Source: Ionaspis alba (taxonomy: Eukaryota). From it: DNA of 61,197 nt. Below, piece by piece: positions 53,028-61,197 of the stretch. The stretch covers positions 1 to 61,197 of the forward strand of contig CAXUUL010000024.1 of the NCBI GenBank assembly GCA_964255285.1, given 5' to 3'. The position numbers were made by a program, and so were the translations under genes. Numbering within the stretch: the first letter of the stretch is position 1; each line of letters opens with the position of its first letter. The notes below the pieces were generated by a model that was not told the origin of the DNA, searched no databases, and was given only the letters and a program-made list of their open reading frames with translations.

Positions 53028-54073
53028 ATCCTGCGCAAATGATTGAACAAGAAGAGTAGAGTGTTATGTCAGACAGCAGCGGGTGATGACAGCGACGAAC
53101 ATGCATTGCATTGCATGTTCCTCAATTACCAAATGCGGTAGAGTCGCCCCTTTCGAGGACACAACACTGCAGGTGTCCGACCACAATCGTTCATCTTGTT
53201 CTTCAAATGCTCCTCGTTCGTCCCGGATCTAAGGGATAAAGATCGGCATTGAGAGCATCACCCGCGGCATTCAGTCTCAAGAGCCCCTACCGAAGTCTTG
53301 CTGAAGGTTCGAGAGGATTGCATGATGCTGTACTACACTCTTGAATCTTCTCAAGACGTCAACATGTCTCACCGGAGGACAGGCATGCATCCAGGATCTG
53401 CGCTGGGGCCGTTAGCTCAGCACTTCTCAATTTGACACTATATATCCATCGCTCTGTCCTCGAGCAAGCCTAGTAGAAGTACGAACCCCATCAGTGTCAA
53501 GGAGAATTATCGGATGATCGGCCCGGATTTTCCTAATGCACCGGCGCAATCCGAACTATCAACACTTTATCTAAGCATCAAAGTACTTCATCTACAAGTC
53601 TTTCCAAATCAAACACCTGAAAGAACAGACCATCATTATATTATGACATCATTGTAGCCAGGTGGCAGGAAAGATACTAAGGGAAAGCGAGGGGAAAGGG
53701 GACAATGGCGTGATAAGGACAAGGAATTGCAAAGCTCACGAGGTAAGTCGGTACGTAACCACATCATTCTGGTAGTACTGGGACACACCCACTATAATTA
53801 TTGTTCACGTATTGATTCGTGTACTATTTGTTGTAACAGCTTCATATCTTCGTTGCTAATTCGTTACCAGACCTCCATCATCTTGCTCAGTACAAATACA
53901 AAAAGACAACGTTTAAGGAGCGACAGTAACGAAATAGCCAAACTCCTGCAAGCGTAGGGAGTTAGGGCCGCTTGACGGTAGAACATCAACAATCTCTCTC
54001 AGTGTACTTCCAATCCTCGATAACTTTCTCTCACAGATTCCACCGGCATACTGTGAAGGTTGACGTTCACCAT

Positions 54074-54511
54074 CTACAAGATGATGGGGCAGATGCTGCC
54101 GACGTTGACAAGGCCGGCCTAAGCACAGAATTTAGCGATGAAGCTCAGATTCAATACCTGGAATTGAAACCTACCTGGCTACCAGTCTCGCAGCACGCGA
54201 CCTGGGTAGAGCACTGGGACGAGAGAGGAGCAACACTCAACACTAGAAAGTTGTTCGGTCAGCTCGAATTCCAATTAAAGCGAGCACTTTTGGAAAATCC
54301 CACAGTTAATAGGAACACAGTTGACCCCAACGTTAAGGTTGACAATGCCGAAGATTTCCTTGAAGACGGAGTTGCAGCAGCTGGCCTTCAAGTTGTTGCC
54401 GCACTTCTGCTGGACTCCCTGGCCAGGAGTAGTGCGCTTCTCCATATCCATAGGAGAGGCGACCACAGCAAGGACGATGGTGGAGATAGCGAGGATAGTC
54501 TTGGAAAGCAT
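54074..54511 (-). CDS. Class I hydrophobin, 3 exons
   Basis: Signal peptide MLSKTILAISTIVLAVVASP, then EKR. The spliced product has 8 Cys in the pattern C-X7-CC-X18-C-X14-C-X5-CC-X14-C and ends GLVNVGSICPIIL*. Confidence 0.9.
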
Positions 54512-57500
54512 ATTGAAGGTTGGTGTTTGAGGAATGGGATTCCTTAGGTTGGGAAGTTTGAAAAAGTGGTTGAAGTGGATTGAAGTTTGGATTGTTGACT
54601 GTGGATGAAGATGATGATGGAAAAATTGAGGGAGTAGGACGCTCCTTAAATACACTTTGGTCGACCTCGAGACAGTCTTCTTGATGGATCACTCGAACCC
54701 CGAACAGGACTCAACTCCGATAGTTGCGATGTGCTGGACGAGGATGCTGAAGTTGTTGCTGTAACCTCATGTTGGCTGACGTCGACGGTTTCTCCAGCAC
54801 TGACAGGATGTGCCAGGCATTCCGTCGGTCGAAGCAATCACATCACTTTCCAGCGTATAAAGCGGGCCGCCAGGAGGTTTACTCGATGATCGGCACTGCA
54901 TAAAATATTGACCTAAGAGCGCTTCTTGGTGGAGTGGATAAGATGTACAGCATCGAATGGAAGGCTCCTGGCACTAATGACATAGTACGGTGAGCAATAT
55001 CCCACTTTAACATGCAAGCCCCTTATTTTGACCGTTCAATATTGACTGGTCTGTTCCAGGATAAGTGAGAGATCGTCATTATTCTCACTGCGAGGTCGAC
55101 GATCCTGTCCGACGAGCAATGCATGGGTGCTTTGACAGCCACCTTCGAGCGGAACCAGTGACGGTTGAGCCGCGACCAAAAGATCTCTCCGGCCACCAAC
55201 GATGGCCAGCCACGCTTCCTTTCTATCAGCAAAGTGACAAGCTCTTTGACATGAGCTTAAGTCAATGAGATAATCCGAGGAAACCCATTCATGATGCTCA
55301 GCAACATTCGCACGTAGCGCCGTCGAGCCTGTTGAGACTCTATCATCCTACTTGGGAACCGTCTAGGGATGCATCATAGAGACTGTTTCGAACAGTACCC
55401 CGGCATAAAAGGGTGGGACACAGGCCTCGCTGGCGTAGGCGGCGTTATTGGCGTTCCCAGTACCTTCCAGAGGCGCTTTCTTGGGCGCTGCTAATTGCTG
55501 AGCGCATGCTGGACCCTGCAATTGAGCTTCCGCTGCATTTGAGAGCCTGACTCAGTCCCCAATCACTGCAGGAGGAATCCCCTGTCTCCAGTACGTGGAC
55601 AGTGTCAAAAGCTACGCCGCAAACAGTCAGAAGACGGGATTGGACCTATTAAGAGAGAGCAATGCGGGTAGAACAAAGTTACGATGCACGGTGCTACACT
55701 CACAAATCTCTTTATTGACCACGGACATCTAGTGCGAAAGGTGAGAACTGGAGGCTGTTACTGGCAACGAAGAGGCCGGTATATTTCAAAGAATTGATGT
55801 GCCGTCATGGGCCAATGCAACATCGAACATCCCCCACTCTGATCAACATGTGTCGATTCTTCCTAATAAGTTGCAGAGCACAGCAACGGACCAAGCCAAT
55901 GACGACGTGGAGGCCCCTAGGTCTGATGGGCAGAAAGGCGGGTACTACTGAGTCAACATGTGTTTCGCGTCGGCAGTGGAGTTCGACAACAGCCAATGCA
56001 AAGGCGTTGCTGCAGCCGCGTGACGCACATGGTTCAACTTCTCTCGTGGAGGCGCTGGGACTGCCAATTCCACGAGGTCTGCTCGTTGATACAGCTCTTA
56101 CATCCCAATTTTGCGCTCCGGCTATTTTGGGACTCACCCATTCATTTCGTTCTTATGACGTTGACCGATCCCAAAGCGGATCTCAACTCTGCTTCTTCGG
56201 ACAGTCAGCTCCCGGATTGACCCGACAACGCGTATGGATATACACAGAGCCTGGTGCCGTGACATTGCGAGCCACACCAGAATTTTGGTCGGACGGCCCG
56301 TTGTTAATGGGCCGCCGCCAATGGCTTCAAGAAAAACAAATTCCAAGTGTGGAGATCTCAGTAGATTGTGGCAAAAGCGGTAACACCGGAAGGGAAGCCA
56401 GCAAGATCGCTGGGATATAAAGATTGCCATCTTGGGAATATCACCACAGCCATGTCAACGCACTAAGGTAGTCGGAGGCTATTGATGGCTTGTTCGGAAA
56501 ATGACTACGCGTGGACGGCACTGCGCCTCAGCCGTTGGAATGCACGTTGTGCCGGCGGAAGGGTAACATTACGGACTGGACATATGCGCCGAAGTGGCAT
56601 CGACGACCCATACATGTGAGTACTCGTGCATCCACGAGGCATCCACCTGCATCGAGCGACGAGTGAGTGCATGCGTTCTCCGGCAGAGGAGCGACAGCAC
56701 AATTTCCCAATCCAAAGACTCCATCCATACTACCTAGCTCATCGCGCAGACACTCCAGCCCACTTGGGTGTCGCGATGGCTGTCAGGATGGTGGTTGTCA
56801 CGATTGGCAAAATTGGCGATTGGGCTTTTCAGTGCTTGCCGGCTTCCCCGCGTTTTGATCGAATTTGGTCCGCGTTGCATACATCTGCAGGATTGCATGT
56901 TCTCGCATGCACAAACCCCCGCCACTCCTTTACGCGCACGACACGGCTAGCACAAGCCACAAGTACCTGCTCCAGGGCACAACGAATCCAGTCATCAACC
57001 CGCACAACGCCCTTAACTGCGAGCGAATACGAGGCTCGACCCACGGTACTTGCAATGCGGCGCTCCACCGTGCAGTCTTCGACTATGTCGACGGACCTTA
57101 CGTAAAGGGATCGTCATCAGTCGATGCGCGGAGCTGAGCAGAGGATGCGAGTTTGACAGGTCACCGTTGATGCGCAGCCCGCATGAGGGAAATAACGACG
57201 ACAGGGAAGAAGGTTCGAGACTTTGGCTGTCCTGAGGCCATGCCCGTCGCGGCGATGGCGCCATCAAACTCGACCGATCGGGCAATGCCGTTCCCTGTTG
57301 TTGTGCCGCCCTTTGGTTGCCTTGGTTGCGACCAGCTAGCGACCTTCTGACACCGACTACTGCGATACCAGCTAATACCAGCTAACACCAGCTAATCTAG
57401 CTGCCGCGACTTAGCTCGAGGTCCAGCGAATACCTAATTCGAACGTCGTGCATTCAGCCGTTCGACGCATGCGCAATATCTCTCCAACATCTCTATCCTG

Positions 57501-59711
57501 CATGGTGTGTGGCATACCAAACTTTACTGGAATCAAACCTCTCTTCTCCAATGTGTTACGCAAGGCCATGCACGGCAAGTGCGCAACACGTCGGTACAGT
57601 TACTGCAGATTCTGCATCCTGTGCGGCCTCCTGTTGCCGTCTGCGTCATCCAGGTTTTGTCCCAGCAAAGGCGAGCCGTACAACCATAGAGTGATGACCT
57701 CGACGATCTTGCTAGGGTACAGCTCCGAGATCGCATAGCTCTGGCTCCTATTGGATATGCCGTGAACCAAGTATTTCCCTGCATTCCAAGTCATGTCGGG
57801 AACAGGGCAGGAACGGTATCCAAACGCCTCTTCGGTCACTCTGCACGATGTCCATCATGAATCTCATGCATACATCAACCTTCATCGGGGCTAACCATGT
57901 AAAGTGCGCAGCAACCAAGCTCCTGTAACAAAATTCCTTATTTTCCCGTGTAACGCGACATATTGATGGTCCTATTCCCCATCTCCAACTTCGACCTGAT
58001 CTTCACTCGTGTTGAGAAGATGTATGACTTGTCATGGCTGATCTATACGGTCAGTCCTTGTCGGATTGAGGAAGCAGTCTTTCGTCGCAGTACCACGATG
58101 TCAAAGCTGCGCTTGCGCATTTAGGATTCTACGGGTGGTCCTGCGACGTCGTTGTACTTTTCATTCTTCAATTTCTGTCATGTTCTTGTTAGACCTTACT
58201 GCCATCCCTCGTCTCTCGAAGCCATCAAGCTTGACACGGGGTCCTCCGACTCACTATAGGACACCCAGCTACAACCAACAGAACAATTGGAGCTTGTTTC
58301 AATCACGATCCTCCCCTCGTTGCCATCATATTGACCATTGTGTGCGACGAGAGCGAGCACAAGCTTTAACGTAGCAGGCGAGGTCTCGGGACTTGCAATG
58401 TGCCCAAAAACTCAGTCGTTCAATCATGGGCTGGGGCCTCAAGGGTTGTCGAGTTGAGCCATACATATTGTTTCTGAGCAACAATCCTGGCGGCAATGAT
58501 CACAGCGTTTCCAATGATTTTCTACTCAAGCATTCTTCGCTACCCCATGAGTCTATTGATGGAGATCTGCGACCTCTCCTTGTTCCTGGATAGCTTCACG
58601 AAGAGCCCGGGTATTACCGTGCGTCGTTACAGAACAACCGCCTTCGTCCGTGCTTTGGCAAGAGATTCAATACCTTGCCTCTCAAAAATCGAACCCAAGA
58701 ATTCTGGTGAATACGGCGCTATCATACACCTAGTCACACCGACCCGGTCTTCGGTTGTAATTGAGACGAAGAATTCATACAAGGTCAGACCCTGCAAACA
58801 GTCAACATGGGTCTAAACTCGATGCCCTTCATAAGCCACCCCAGTCATATTCAATTCCCCTGACTTGTGTAGCCACTGTACTCGTCGACCAAGTTCCCCA
58901 AGTCCTTCAAAGATCAGTCATCGAAGGCTCTCCATCGCTGCCACGTCACACTAAAACCTCATGTCCACCCATTCGGGCCAACTTTCGTCCCATTTCAGTA
59001 ATCCCTAATCCCGACCTTGTCAGACTCAACCACAGAGACCCTCTCCTTGTGAAGAGCTAATCCATAACCCCACAAATCATCGACTAGCGACTCTGGCTCG
59101 GCAATGGCGGAATGCCAAGATCGTCCCAAAACTTAATATATCGCCCTATCTGCTGGGATCCTGGTTGTGGCATTCTGCGGATGGGCTGACGCGTATTTGG
59201 AAGATCGACTCGATGCTGGTAATCATGGTTGAACGTTGAAACTGTGGTTGCCGTGAGGGTCTGACTACCTAGAAATTACGCTTGTGGAAAACTTCGTGTT
59301 GGGAGGTGCCGGTGGGGAGGGTTGAGAAAGCAGGAAAATGCACAGACGGTGAGGCATTGTTCCTCTTTACAGACCTTGGGGAAGGGAGCAATGGATCTAG
59401 TTCAGGGAACGATCATCGCATCTGATATGAGGCTGCGGAAGAAAATGGCTGTAGGTAATTGTTCCTGTAGGACGTGAAGGCAAGTGACAATGCGGCGCAA
59501 AGCTATCAAGCTAGAAACGAGCAACGCGAATCTCGAGATCATAGCAGTAGCGGTACGGCCGTAAGTAAAGCACTGGATGTCGTATGCACAAAGTGGAACT
59601 GCGGGTTGAAGAGCAGCCTGGAGGTCTTTGCGTGATACGCGGATAGGTACCCGCAAGCACTAGCCTCCTGCCCTTCTCCCATGAGTTATTGCCTCTGTGT
59701 CGGTGGGAAAG

Positions 59712-59790
59712 TTTCTTCTTCTTCTTCTTCTTCTTCTTCTTCTCCTCCTCCTTCTTCTTCTTCCCCTCCCCCTTCCCCTTCCTCCTCCTC
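59712..59790. repeat. Pure pyrimidine tract, (CTT)n/(CCT)n
   Basis: 79 nt containing only C and T, just downstream of the PEX10 stop. Confidence 0.93.
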
Positions 59791-59861
59791 AAGCGCCATT
59801 GTGCAGTCGCGGAGCCCTGGTACGCGACCGTCTACTCTACAGGTTCCAAAATCGGCCAGCA

Positions 59862-61019
59862 TCAGCTCCGTAGCGGCAGAACGTGTTGGGCCATGATACT
59901 TTGTCGACACAATGGACATTCCGGCTTTTCATTTATCCAATCCGCAATGCAGGACCAGCAGAACACATGACCACAAGTCGTCGCACTGGGATCCTTCAAC
60001 TCCTCCAAGCACAGAGTGCACTTCCTTTGCTGGGAACCCTGAATCCAACCAAACCTTTCCGTAATCTTCAAGGCATACCTAGGTTGCTCCGGCACAGGAG
60101 TAAGAGTACTGACTTCAAGTCTACTTTTCCTAGCCCCATTCGACCATGATGGGGACTCCAAAAGCAGGCTATTGTCGGTACCACCGTTTCCCAGTTCTAC
60201 TTCTACGCCGCCATCAATAACAGCACTCCCGCCTGTAAGACTTCCCAGGTTCGCCAACGCCCGGGAACCGGTATGAAAAGTGTTGCTTAGATGGAGCCAG
60301 CCTTGGACTATCATTTGCAAGGCTAAGAGCAATCCGAGGACCTCATAGCCAAGACGTTGATCAGAAGGATCAAGTTGTTTCGTGAATATGTATCGGAGAC
60401 CAAGTAATCGCTTTCCAATGTGATAGTACGATCCCGTGAAGTAGAAGACTGACAGCCCAAGGGCATAGAGGGGTGCGGGTGAGGTGAGTGTCCCTAGGTT
60501 GGAGAGGACATATGACTGCCAATGCTGGGAAAGTGTCGGCTCAAATCTGTCGTTGTTGCTTCGTGCCTGACGACGAAGATTGGATTCGAGTTTCAGTCGT
60601 AACCGAGTACGTAAGGTAGGTAGGAACTTGCGGAGAATGTAGGGCAGTATCACAGTAAAGACAATGTACCCTGCTCGACGAACAATCGAAGGCAGCTTCA
60701 AGGTGTCCTCCTCGATCTGCACGATGTCACAGTATTCTTCTCCAAGAGTGCGGTTGCCAATTAGGGTGGTGCATGCTAGGTAGAGGAGTTCGGTGAACGT
60801 CCGCGTTCCGGAGTTGTAATTGTGGATGAAGCGGGGACCGTAGAGCTTGCGGAGAACCGTAGAGAGGTTCTCCAGTAGCACCCCTTGAGAATATGTGTCT
60901 TTTTGGTACGAACGAATGATATCGGGAGAAGAGGCGAAGGGGTATTGATATTTCCTCGGGGTAGAAGACGAGCTGGAAAGTTCGGAGCCATGGTCAGACC
61001 TAGCATTTGAGGATGCCAT
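59862..61019 (-). CDS. PEX10: Peroxin 10 (peroxisomal RING E3 ligase)
   Basis: YPFASSPDIIRSYQKD, TLGEEYCDI, FYFTGSYYHIGKRL.GLRYIF, C-terminal C3HC4 RING CTLCLEE.KDPS.T.CGHVFCW.CI.DW..EKPECPLCRQ. Confidence 0.96.
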   Translation of the reverse strand: MASSNARSDHGSELSSSSSTPRKYQYPFASSPDIIRSYQKDTYSQGVLLENLSTVLRKLYGPRFIHNYNSGTRTFTELLYLACTTLIGNRTLGEEYCDIVQIEEDTLKLPSIVRRAGYIVFTVILPYILRKFLPTLRTRLRLKLESNLRRQARSNNDRFEPTLSQHWQSYVLSNLGTLTSPAPLYALGLSVFYFTGSYYHIGKRLLGLRYIFTKQLDPSDQRLGYEVLGLLLALQMIVQGWLHLSNTFHTGSRALANLGSLTGGSAVIDGGVEVELGNGGTDNSLLLESPSWSNGARKSRLEVSTLTPVPEQPRYALKITERFGWIQGSQQRKCTLCLEELKDPSATTCGHVFCWSCIADWINEKPECPLCRQSIMAQHVLPLRS

Positions 61020-61197
61020 GGCTGGACTGAGTCGAGAGCAGTCTCAAAGACGACGATAACGGATCGCGGTTAACCTCAAGAGCTCTGCAGAGCCGCCTCG
61101 AACTGCTTGCCTCTGATTGAGCACTTCTTGCACGTCTAGAGTCGTTGATGCAACCAATATTGGACCGATCGCAGCCCTGAACAGCCCTACCAGGAAC

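Noticed and set aside
53972..54547. 191-aa plus-strand ORF
   Set aside because: Antisense shadow of the hydrophobin gene.
57366..57396. 10-bp unit (ACCAGCTAAY) three times
   Set aside because: Short slippage repeat with no spacers and no associated element.
59511..59970. Poly-K, poly-E, poly-S and poly-F ORFs
   Set aside because: Translations of the CTT/CCT microsatellite.

Overview
Gene-dense, intron-containing DNA from a filamentous ascomycete (Pezizomycotina): short GT..AG introns with CTRAC branch sites, and no rRNA, tRNA, CRISPR or intact transposon that I can recognise. Housekeeping genes are eIF3b/PRT1, a DEK-C/SWIB protein, RhoGAP, BET2, MSH3, RCY1 and PEX10. Membrane or secreted accessory genes are an MFS transporter, two PTH11-type membrane proteins, a BBE-like FAD oxidase, a CAP/PR-1 protein, an amino-acid permease, a GH76 and a class I hydrophobin. 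The most notable item is an intact UstYa/DUF3328 oxidase (fungal RiPP-tailoring family) with no visible repeat-precursor gene, lying among decayed genes: a GNAT with a stop at an expected Trp and a frameshifted alpha/beta-hydrolase fragment. A spliced orphan gene at about 10.7-11.9 kb is interrupted by in-frame TAG codons. Two 100-N gaps are each flanked by an exact 55-bp duplication, most likely an assembly artefact. Gene models were spliced by eye and family calls come from motif recognition; no database search was run.
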